A stretch of 46,778 nucleotides of DNA from Nemertoderma westbladi (Eukaryota; Animalia; Xenacoelomorpha), in assembly GCA_032718475.1 (NCBI GenBank), contig JAUCBJ010001450.1:1-46778 (forward strand), read 5' to 3'. Of this stretch, positions 10,825-20,939 are shown one piece after another (the stretch's first letter is position 1; every line of letters starts with the position of its first letter). The position numbers and the translations under genes are program-made. The notes beneath the pieces were generated by a model. It saw only the letters and a list, made by a program, of their open reading frames with translations. It was not told where the DNA came from and did not search any database.

Positions 10825-11522
10825 GGCTTCGATGTGGTACGCCTGGAAGGCCCCACGTGAGACGTGCGGACTATTAAGTACAAATTCAAGTAATCTAAAT
10901 AATCAAATAAGTGCAATTTGTATGTACGTACGTAGTAATCAGTAGTTTAGTAATGAAATATACGTTCGAAGTAAGTACTATAGTCATTCAACCTTTCTCA
11001 ATTAGCTACTGGGACTGGGGGGCTAACTGACTATGGTACTATGGACGAGACACCAGACGATTTCACACTTCTTGAGTGCGACGGCACAGGAGGGGGGGTG
11101 AGACTCGTCAGAAGGGATGGGGTAGTCAAAGAGGTTGAGTAAAGGTGATAGTGCGGAGTGCGGAGAGAGTGCGGATCCAATTCAAGTGTGGGGGGGGGGG
11201 AGGATAAGAGACTGAGTGAGGGACAGGGAAGTCCGAGAGTTAGAGCAAAAGAAGGAGAAGTAGAGGAGAGTCAGGGTGAGAACAGAGTGGGGCTAAAGTG
11301 GCGAAAGTGTTGGGGAAACAAAAGTCGTGTGAGAGGAGCGCACGATCGGCCCGACATGGGACGCCAGGCGAACCGGGTAGCATTATCATACCCATAGGGA
11401 GCGGCCTGGAAAGCCGGCTCCGAGAGAAAATAGTTCCACCCCACACCCGATGCTAGATCGGGATCCAGCGGAATTGTAGCGCACTTTAGGAGGATGCTAT
11501 CTTCTCACCGGGAAGATAGCAT

Positions 11523-11534
11523 GGGGGGGGGGAG
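11523..11534 (+). promoter_or_regulatory. Polypurine tract of element 1
   Basis: GGGGGGGGGGAG immediately before the TGT start of the LTR. Confidence 0.85.
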
Positions 11535-12045
11535 TGTTAGCTTATTCAATTCCGCTAACACAAACCCATAAAGTAAGCCGTTAAGCAATATTGGGGGCCA
11601 CGAGGTTGATTACCCAATCTCGCGCCACCCTAATAAAATGGGAAGGAGAAACACACAATAAGGGTCAGGGGCCACACCCCTGACCGAGAGAGAATAGCAG
11701 GAGTGAGGGGAAACACTCCAAAGGGCGCCAACAGGGATATCAGCCAATGGGAGGGAGGCACCGGCTAGGTACAGTAACAAGGCCAACCCGTGCAATATAA
11801 CCAGTTGGCAGTAATCAGTTATTTCAGTTATCCCATTGTGTTGGTCGGTTTAGCTAGGATAGGACCGGAACTTTAATTACCGTTGCGTAACCACTGTGCA
11901 GACATCTTATTCCATATCTATACTATTATACCGGAGGACTTTATACAGCAATCAACAACCATCCACCTTTTACACACACACGGCGGGAACGCGACGCGTA
12001 AATCGAAAACCGGATAAACCGGGATCCTTTGTGGATCCCGTCACA
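11535..12045 (+). repeat. 3' LTR of element 1 (about 511 bp)
   Basis: Starts TGTTAGC after the PPT and ends GGATCCCGTCACA where LINE RT sequence begins. The same termini occur on the TSD-flanked solo LTR at 37922-38233. Confidence 0.85.
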
Positions 12046-13099
12046 GCTCATTTGGTGAAGTTATAAAAAAGCATGGCCTCAACTACCATCTCTACATGGC
12101 TGACTCCCAGTTATATATCGCTTTCAAATCATCACAGTTGTCTAATGCGATCTCAGTAATATCTGATGATCTTCGAGATATCAAGACATGGATGTCTTCT
12201 CATCTTCTAAAAATGAATTCTGAGAAAACATAAATTATCCTCCTCAACTCCAAGTTCGATAAATCTCTTAGCCGCCCTAGCAACATAATGGTTGCAACCA
12301 AGGCTGTTTCGCTCACTGACTATGCACGTAACATCGGTGCACCAGCTACGTAACCTGGCCAAAGTGAAGCATTGTTTTGACAGGAAGACACTAGAGATGT
12401 TAATCCATACTCTGATTTCCAGTAAACTCGACTATAATAATGCCCTATGCACTAAATTCCCTAATAATGCTCTATGGTCTGCCATGGCCATGCATAAAGA
12501 AACTTCAACACGTTTAAAACACTTCTGCTCGTCTCCTTTCAGGAATACGTAAAAGGGACCACATCATTCCGGTCCTAAAGAACATTCACTGGCTGGCCAT
12601 CCTGAGGCGCATAGATTCTAAAATAGCGCTACTAACTTATAAATGTCTAAATGGAACAGGTTCTGGCTATCATTGTGAACTTTTATATAAGTACAATCCT
12701 CCAAGGGATCTTCAATCCTCCAATAATCATCTTCTCACCCTTCCTCAATGCAATCTCCAGACTTATGGTAAAAGAGCATTCTCTTTTGTGGCTCCCAATA
12801 TATGGAACTCGCTTCCAATCGAAATTCGGTGCTCCATATCCGTAAATGTGTTCGTCCCTGAAAACCTACTACTTTAAACTAGAGTACGATCATCTTAATT
12901 AGATTAGCTGTTTTCAACATGCTGTGTATATATTTTAAACTTATTATATTTATATTTTGAACAAATAGTCATTTTATACTTATTTTATAAGAGTATATAT
13001 TTTAAACATAATGATACTGTATTTTGTTTGCATGTATACTATCCGCGCCTTGAAACAACCTGCAAAAGGCGCCTTAGAAATATATTATTATTATTATTA
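12046..13099 (+). mobile_element. Degenerate L2/CR1-group non-LTR retrotransposon, 3' part
   Basis: Translates FGEVIKKHGLNYHLY(M)ADSQLYIAF...IKTWMSSHLLKMNSEKT, then LEMLIHTLISSKLDYNNAL, HIIPVLKNIHWL and YGKRAFSFVAPNIWNSLP. Ends in a GCGCCTT...AAGGCGC stem-loop and a (TAT)n tail. Confidence 0.88.
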
Positions 13100-13182
13100 A
13101 GTATCGATGCGTGTTGTATGGCAAATTTCATACTACTCTGACATTTATATTCCATGACATCATTATACATCATTATATCATA

Positions 13183-15340
13183 TCATATATATGGCAGCAA
13201 ATATCTCATTTTTTGTTGATCAAAAATGTTTTTGTTATAGATTTCTCTCATGAAGATTTGTTTATTGTATGAACTCCTCCGGATGTTCTCCTGTGAACTC
13301 AAACAGTTTGACTTCGCGAATTTGTTCTTTAATGCCTCTGTCAATGTGGCTATATGTCCTAATGTCGTCTCTGTGGTCGTCTCAATTACTGATCCTGACG
13401 TATTCATTTGCCCATTATCCTGCCTCTGTGTGTTAATATTCCGTGATTGTGGCTGATTTTCCTGGCATTGATCCTTTTCCGCTATAACTGGTATTTCCTG
13501 ATCCACTTTCCATTCTCCCATGGATGGATACCTAATAGTGCCAGCTCCCTTTATACTTTGGTTTACGTCCTGCCGTATCGGAATTGGTATACTATTCCCA
13601 ACAATTGCTGTTGGTCTTTGTTCTTCCCTCTGGCTTATCTATCCATTCTTCCTGTACCTGATTTCTATTATAAGTCTGCTGTGGTTCCTGATAAGCTTGT
13701 TGGTTAATCATATTTACTCCAAATGGTTGTTCACTTCTTGGCACTTCTAGGGCTGCCGCTTGGTAAATCGGTTTATCTGCTGCTATAAGGGCTCCCGTCC
13801 TCCTGCAACTCTAAGGGCTCCTGGGTAACTGATCTCTTTGTGCCATATTTTGCTATGCTGCGTTGAATTGGGGTGCTCTGCTCCCGCTATGCACAGCACA
13901 TATATTTAAGGGCTGCTCTGTTAAGTCTGCTCTACCTACTGTTCTGGGATAGTACTCATATACATTAGCGTTTCAATTAAGTGCTGTGTTCCGGGGTTGT
14001 GCCGCGACTTCTGCATGTATGACCTGATTACACTCTATCTGGGGTGGTGCTCCCGTTTGAATCCCAGGGAATGCTGGTGGATCTATCGTCCTCTCTGACA
14101 GACCAAGCGAAACAAAAATGTTGGCCTGATATGGTCAAAAACCTGGTTAGGTCACTTTCCCATATTTTGTCCTGCATACTCTGGATGCGTACTCGATTGT
14201 ACCAGTACATGTACAACGTGTACACGTCGTACATGTACCAGTTCTTGTCACAGCTGTCACCTTACTAGTTATAAGATAACTTACTGTACGTACCGTTATA
14301 GGGTTTGCTCTACAGTTGGCATATGTCCCTCCTGCTGTATTGGTGACAACCAGGCTAGTGTACTTTTAATTATTTGTATATTGATACTGTTTATATTATT
14401 AGGATCATTGATATCATTATTTTGGTCTGATATAATGTGGTCATTAATATTCGTTGCCTTACCTTCTTACCATCATTATCAACTTGAGTTCCAACTGGTT
14501 TATAACTTACCCTTATTCCTTTGTTGGTCTCTTTCTTTAGGTCTCACTACTGGTAGTTGTTCTATTGGACTAGTGATCACAGCTTTTGGCACCATACTGG
14601 GATTACTTATGTTTCTTTTTGCTAGCGTTGCCATGGTAATTAATTCCCTACATGTTGGCTCCCCCCGTTTTCTATAAGTCACGCATCTGCTATTAATTCT
14701 TCCCGCTATTTTATTCTTATATTCTTCCTCCGCTGCTCTACTCTTCCTATCCTGTATTATTTTTTGTTTTTTTTAATTCTGCTTCATCTTTCTCTCTAAT
14801 TTCTCTCTGCTCTCTCTCATACCCCCTGTCTATTCTCTCTTGCTCTTTCTGTTCTTCATACTCATGCTGTTCATGTTCCCGCTCACGTTCACACTTGCTC
14901 ATGCTGCTCATTCTGCTCATGCTTACGTTGTTCACGCTCACCTTGCTCATGTCAACCTTGCTCCTTTCTTATCTCCTATTGTATCGCTCCTCTCTCTGGT
15001 CCCTCTGAGCTCCATTTTAGCTTGCTCTCGCTGTGACGGGATCCTGTAGGCCTGAAACTAACACTCACTTTAAGTTCCTTGCATCTAGATCCTCTCTTCT
15101 ACGCCTTAACCTCTCTTGTTTCTCATTTTCTTCTTTCTCTATTTCTTTACTATTCATCTCTTTCGTCACTTTTAAACTTCCTCTCTTGCATTTCTATAGA
15201 TGTATTTTACCGAGCTTTAACCGAGGATGCTACAGACTACATAATGGTCGTATTAAATTAGGTAATTTTGGATTCTATTGGTTCTTTTGTATTTTTGGGT
15301 TCTTTTAGTTCCAATGTAGGTAGGTTCCTTTGGGTTCCAT
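13183..15340 (-). pseudogene. Heavily degraded minus-strand ORF remnant, possibly gag-like (charged and Gln/Asn-rich)
   Basis: Strong strand skew (purine-rich on minus) and several short minus-strand ORFs of E/R/K/Q-rich composition. No diagnostic motif recognised. Confidence 0.35.
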
Positions 15341-15519
15341 TGTGATGTGCTTTTTGGAGTTTAGTAGGACACAGTTGTGCCTATATTTCATATGTTGTAT
15401 TTAAAAAAGTAAAATTTTCTTATTTAAGTATTATTATGGCAGATGTTATCAGAACTATGCAAATTTCTTATATTAAATTATGGCGTTATGGGGGAGAATG
15501 ACACCGCACTAGAACATAT

Positions 15520-15660
15520 ATCTGACTATGATCGGTATGCTGCATTGCAGCTGCATTAAGAAGTTTATGCCCGATCTTCGGCAAATATCTCCCTATCACA
15601 CATTACTTTCACAACATTATCCATATCTTCAAGGTGTCTTAAGAGACGAAAAGGTCTGTG
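15520..15660 (-). mobile_element. Short, diverged 3' fragment of the RTE-like LINE family seen at 33270-33590
   Basis: The reverse complement contains CCTTGAAGAT, GTGATAGGGAG and AATGCAGCTGCAATGCAGCAT(A/G)CCGATC, matching 33448-33567. Confidence 0.7.
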
Positions 15661-16033
15661 CGCCGAAACCTCCGAGAATAGCCACTGCAATTGGCTGAAT
15701 TGTTACTAATTTTTTATTCTCTCTTGCTTCTACCATCTTTTCTGCAGTGGCAGCCATGCTGTTGAAACACGTGAAGTCCCTGGCTAAGGTTTTACCTTAG
15801 TGCCAGTATGAAGGGATCACACCTATATCGTGATCTTAGTAATTGCATGAGAGGGAATGATATCCATATGCAGGATTCGGTGCCACATACACGGATACAG
15901 ACAGGTGTAGCTAGGCGAAGCGAAGGCTGGCTGCTTTTGAGTTCTGTGAGTCCCTTTCCTGAATACTGTGAGTTATATGAGAGATTTTTTGTCTTGCTTT
16001 CTTATTTGTCTCGCTACGCTCGCTAAATAATAT

Positions 16034-16843
16034 TGTAAAAGCTTTTGCGGCAAAATATATAGTGCTAGCCCAAAAGAACTGTGGCATAAATTATGGAGCA
16101 CTGTAAAAGTTACCTATACACTCACCCTTTGTGCAATATCTGACTGCTGATTAACTGCATTGCATTTCTGCCGTCACCGCCGGTATTTTACTGCTTTGTA
16201 CTGTTGTTCATTGTTTATTTGGTAATATTATTGCTTGTTGTTTATATTTTGAGAACACGTATACATAATCGATAATCTCAACTAACTTTCTTTATTATTA
16301 AGAGGTAAGCAGAAGGGAAGTTCGAGTAACTATTTCGGTTCAAATTCAAGTTGTTTGTGTGTTATTTACTCTATTTCATAAGTGAGCTGAAATTCTCCTT
16401 GGGTTATACATGAGCAAAATTGGTATTAGTCAGCAAATCAGTGTATTCCCGTGTTATTGTCAGTGAAGTGAGTGCGACTACATTATACTACATCCCTAAA
16501 GGATGTAAATAACAGTGGCTTTATTAAATAATCCGTAGTAATTATCGTAAGTCATAACTCTCTGTATAATAGTTAAATCGCAGCAACTGAAAGGAACTGC
16601 TAATACTACCCTGAAAGTGAACATCGTTTTTAGAGATTATATAGTGGAAATCAATCTAATAATACAAAGTAACCTACTTTTATGCCGATAGAATTCAGTC
16701 TCCCACACACGGCGGTGGGTCTTACGCCGAGCAAGACTTTAGCGTTTTTTCTATAGTTCTACTTTAGTGCTGGCTAGCGAATGAATTAATATAAGATACG
16801 TAAATTAACAGGTTAAACTGTTAAAGGTCTAAAAGCGCGTACA
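16034..16843 (+). mobile_element. Solo LTR (810 bp) of a family related to element 2
   Basis: Begins TGTAAAAGCTTTTGCGG and ends CAGGTTAAACTG..AAAGGTCT..AAAAGCGCGTACA, like the element-2 LTRs. 5-bp TSD AATAT at 16029-16033 and 16844-16848. Confidence 0.93.
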
Positions 16844-17494
16844 AATATCGCTCGACAATAACTATTTACATCATTGTGTGAAAAGTAGCACTTTGCAGCG
16901 ATATGACCCGAGTTTATTTATGTACCGAGCGAGCGCAGCGAGGGAGGTTTACATAAATAAACAAGGGTCTTTAACGCTGATAAATGACCTTTGCAAGCAA
17001 TGATTTATGCAATTTTGTTACATTATGTCAACTTTTCAGCGTTCGGTATGTGAAGAAAGGATTTCATGGGTGCTAATTTAAACATTTTAATCATGTACTA
17101 TTCTGAATATAAGTGCAATTTATTAACATGTACGCAGTATTAATTATACATTTATATCTAATTAAAGTTTAATGTTGTTATCTTCTGCATTGCTCATTTT
17201 CTCTAAAATGTATTCTATATGACGTATGGAATTAATACAGTCTTACACGTTAAACAATTATTTGCATACAGTTGCTAGTCCCGTCACTTCAAACTGGACG
17301 CACGCACTATGCAAACACGTGCTGCTTTATTGAATAAAGAAGCACGCATTAATATTAATGAAAAGAATACATTCTGGAATACGGTAATTTAAGTAGTGTC
17401 CATGTCATTAATTACTTTGCAGCGTTCCGTCCTATATAGGCTGAGCGATGTATATTTTTTTTGCCCACAAATTTCAGACCATAGCAACCAGGGG

Positions 17495-18665
17495 TGTAAA
17501 AGCTTTTGCGGATATAATCAGTCCCCCTCGCCCGCAAGGTACCGTTATAGGTGTTTTAACGGACATAAAAGTCATTCTTCTATATGTGTGCTTTGGCGGA
17601 CATGGTAAGGCAAAAAACCCGCAATGCGTCAAATACCCTGGCACAGCTTAGCCTTGATGATTCAGATTACGACATCTAACAGCTGGTTGCTGACATGGAA
17701 ACGGCCATTGGACACATGGTTCTTTGTTTAGCTTAACAGCCAATCAGAGCGATTTTTTCTGTCGATGTGGAGATATTTGGCAGATCGTGCTAGGAGTGTT
17801 CAGTCTTACTGTTTTTGTGATACTGTTGTGTTGTTTCTATCTAGGCCAGGAACACCGGCTCTAGAGTCAATTCGTTTCAGACTTTAGAAGAAACATTAGT
17901 AGGCTTAAATTATAGAGCGTATAACTGTTAGCTCAGTTCAGTCTTACATTATCGGTTCAACATACATTATTATACTGCTATTTACTGTTGTCATATTTTG
18001 TATCAGTTGGTTGAATATTATTTGGAGAACATCTATAAAGAACCCAAATTTCCCAATTTTCTTGATACACTACAGGTTAGAGAGACGGGTTACATATAGC
18101 GATTGCGACTTATATTATTGTGGTTTGTAGTGAATTTAATGCTATTTGATAAGCACTACATGAGTCAGTTGCTGTTCTCTTTATATATGATAAAATTCAT
18201 TGACGGTCGGCAAATTAGTGAGCAGTATTGTGTGTTACCGGTAGTGTGCATGATTGTGGCTGATAACTAAGCATTTCCTAAAGAATGCGCCTCATACGTG
18301 AATCATAAGCCTTACCGACTTACCGTTGTGTTTAGTACAAGTCATATCTCTGTTTACCTAGATAGAGCGCCACGTCCTAAAGGAACTGTTAATATTTCCC
18401 GAAAGTGAATAATATTAGTCAGAAATTATTTATTAACGATCAATCGAATAATACAGTAAGCTTACACTGCAATAACAATCTAAGCCCTCAGAATCCAGTC
18501 TCCCGGGTATATCCAGCGGGTGAATGGACGCGCACTAGGCTGGCTTCTGCTAATGTTGTGTTTATTGGTATTAAATATTTGTCAATTTCTAAAGTCTATT
18601 TATAAACCAAAAGACATATAAATTTTGGCAGGTTAAACTGCTAAAGGTCTTCAAAAGCGCGTACA
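17495..18665 (+). repeat. 5' LTR of element 2
   Basis: Matches 32094-33264 at offset 14599; the 66-aa ORFs at 18405 and 33004 are identical. Confidence 0.97.
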
Positions 18666-18734
18666 ATAACAGTTATTGTCTTTATTGCAGTAAGCAATAA
18701 AGTTGAAAGTACCGGTCGACCGGTAAACCTGAAC

Positions 18735-18892
18735 CGGTACTGCTGTAGGTCCGTAGGCCCAACTGCCAGAATCGGTACTGCTGTAGGTCCGTAGGCCCAA
18801 CTGCCAGAATCGGTACTGCTGTAGGTCGGTAGGCTTAACTGCCTGAACCGGTACTGCTGTAGGTCTGTAGGCCCAACTGTCCTAACCGGTAC
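18735..18892 (+). repeat. 38-bp tandem repeat, 4 copies, in the element-2 leader
   Basis: Unit CGGTACTGCTGTAGGTCCGTAGGCCCAACTGCCAGAAT at 18735, 18773, 18811 and 18849. Confidence 0.93.
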
Positions 18893-19077
18893 TTCCAGTA
18901 TAAGTACATTAGTATTATTCGATTTTGATTATTGTATACCGGTAGGTCTTAATACTTAATCAGGGAACGGCCGCCCTGGTTTTTTATTGAGATTTTACTT
19001 ATTTCTGTCGGTTTTATTTACATGTAAGTTAATATTGAGCTGAAGACGTGTAAGTCTGCTCAGATTGTTCAGATAAC

Positions 19078-19645
19078 TGTAGGCTGGACTGTTGTCGGAT
19101 TGTTGTTGGGTTTGGAGAGATTACGGCGTGTGTAGAGTTTGTCTGATAAAGTGCCAGTTAGTAAGTTGGGGCAGCCAGAGCTGTAAGGTCAATCCCCTCT
19201 TAAAGAATAAGTCGTACTACCGTGTTAGAACGCATACTAACTAACCATTTCGGAATCTGCATATACTGTAGTTTATTTAGGCTTGACAGTATTCTGCCAG
19301 CGTTTTAGCCTGTGTTTGTTTGTGTGGTCTGTTCAGGTACCGTAATAGTTATTACTCAGATATTTTGTAGGCTGGATTGTTGTCTAGCTATTATTAGGTC
19401 TGAAGAGATTGCTGCGTGTGTAGAGTTTGTCTGATAAAGTGCCAGTTAGTAAGTTGGGGCAGCCATAGCTGTAAGGTCAATCCCCTCTTAAAGAATAAGT
19501 CGTACTACCGTGTTAGAACGCATACTAACTAACCATTTTAGAATCTACACATACTGTAGTTTACTTAGGCTTGGTGGTAGTCTGCCAGCGTTTGGTTTGT
19601 ATTTTGTTTGAGTATTCTGTACGGGTAGCGTAATATTTATTATTC
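19078..19645 (+). repeat. About 288-bp tandem duplication in the element-2 leader
   Basis: GTCTGATAAAGTGCCAGTTAGTAAGTTGGGGCAGCC at 19141 and 19429, followed by a long near-identical run. Confidence 0.92.
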
Positions 19646-20586
19646 AGAGTTTATGCGATTATTCGCAACATTCATGTCCCCAAGTTTATTCCTACAGTAA
19701 TTGTGCTTGTTACACATACCGTTATAGTTAAATTAACCCCGGTACTACACGGGCTGCTTGGCGTAGGAAAAGACTGGTGATTTTGTGCACCGGTCACTCC
19801 AGCAGATGCCGTGGTTCTTTTAACTGTTCAAGTATATTTAACTGCTAGTTATTTGTTTTTAATAAGTACTTGTACCTAATTTAGGGTTTGGTGTACAGTG
19901 CTTTCCGAAAGTAATTAGTGTGTAGGCAGTGTATTGTGTTGTAAAGTGGTTAATAGGCACGTTGGATCTGGTAGTCCGCGGTAATTAACTTCCAGGTAGG
20001 AACACTCCGTGATACATAACGTAGTACCTATAGCGATACGGCTATAGGTCGTCAGGCGGTGGTATTTTTCCTATCTGGACAGTGCAATATATTTACTACT
20101 ACTTATTATTTTCAAATACCGTAGTACCCTGTCCGTTGTAATAACCAGAATTCTAACCCTTTGTTAGGCTGGTTTGTAGACTTCCTGTAAAATTACCCTA
20201 AAATTTCGTACGTAATATTTTTGTTGTGTTTAAGTAGAGATTTAATCTCACCCGTATCATAAGTAATTTGTAGTATTAAGTAACTTAGGTAAATTAGAAT
20301 AATCTGTTTTAGTGTCCCATAAGTAGCACTTCACTGAGAGCGTACAGCTTCTGTGTAGTGACTCCCCCAAAAATAAATACATTTATTTCAAATATTGACA
20401 AAACCCATTTTAAACGGGTATATATCTATTATAAATCAACTTAAACGATTTATAAATAGTAGGCCTGCCATACAACAACTAGGTCTCAATATCAGTTGGA
20501 CTACTGCTTAAATAACGGTAATAAAGTAAGTTAAAGTAACTAAGTAACCTTTAAAATTCAGAAATTCAATTATTTAAATAATTGAT

Positions 20587-20831
20587 ATACCGGTATCCAT
20601 GATAGGCCTATTATATTTATTTCTATAAAGTTGGGCTGAAATCATACCGGTATTCTGTAATTAATTCTAGTTTATAATTATACTTATATATACTATAAGT
20701 GTAACCTGCATACCGGTATTCACGATAGGCCTATTATATATTTATATATATTTGTGCTAAAATTATATACCGGTACTCTGTGACAAACCTAGTTTACAAT
20801 ACTTCTATATATTATAAGTGTATACCGGTAT
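20587..20831 (+). repeat. Five ATACCGGTA(T) palindromes in a degenerate repeat of about 60/123 bp just upstream of gag
   Basis: Copies at 20587, 20644, 20710, 20767 and 20822. Confidence 0.8.
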
Positions 20832-20939
20832 TCTAATATACTGTAATAAATTAACGGTACTAGGCCAACAGTCATACTGAATTACTAGACTTGCTTTAAC
20901 TGTAACTATAGCAGTAGGCATTCAACCGTATAGCTAAAC

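Larger units (their letters stand above)
1..12045 (+). mobile_element. Bel/Pao LTR retrotransposon, element 1 (5' LTR outside the window); gag-pol plus a 3' accessory ORF
   Basis: Domain order Gag-PR-RT-RNaseH-IN with Bel/Pao signatures (YDPLGLASP, LHMFSDAS, PKLELTAA, YWTDS, GVDMFGP, YSDSGTNFVGA, LTPSHFL). G-rich PPT at 11523-11534, then a TGT...ACA LTR at 11535-12045. Confidence 0.95.

Noticed and set aside
384-10916. Numerous antisense and alternate-frame ORFs over element 1 (and likewise element 2)
   Set aside because: Shadow ORFs expected from the strongly purine-skewed sense strand; no recognisable domains.
15032-15044. TGTGACGGGATCC, the reverse complement of the element-1 LTR end
   Set aside because: No matching opposite LTR terminus or TSD was found and it lies within ORF-like sequence; treated as coincidence.
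15640-15700. Hammerhead ribozyme or Penelope pLTR (CGAAAC motif)
   Set aside because: No CTGANGA core with compatible stems nearby.
18405-18605. 66-aa ORF duplicated at 33004
   Set aside because: It lies inside the LTR, starts with GTG and has no motif; the duplication only reflects LTR identity.
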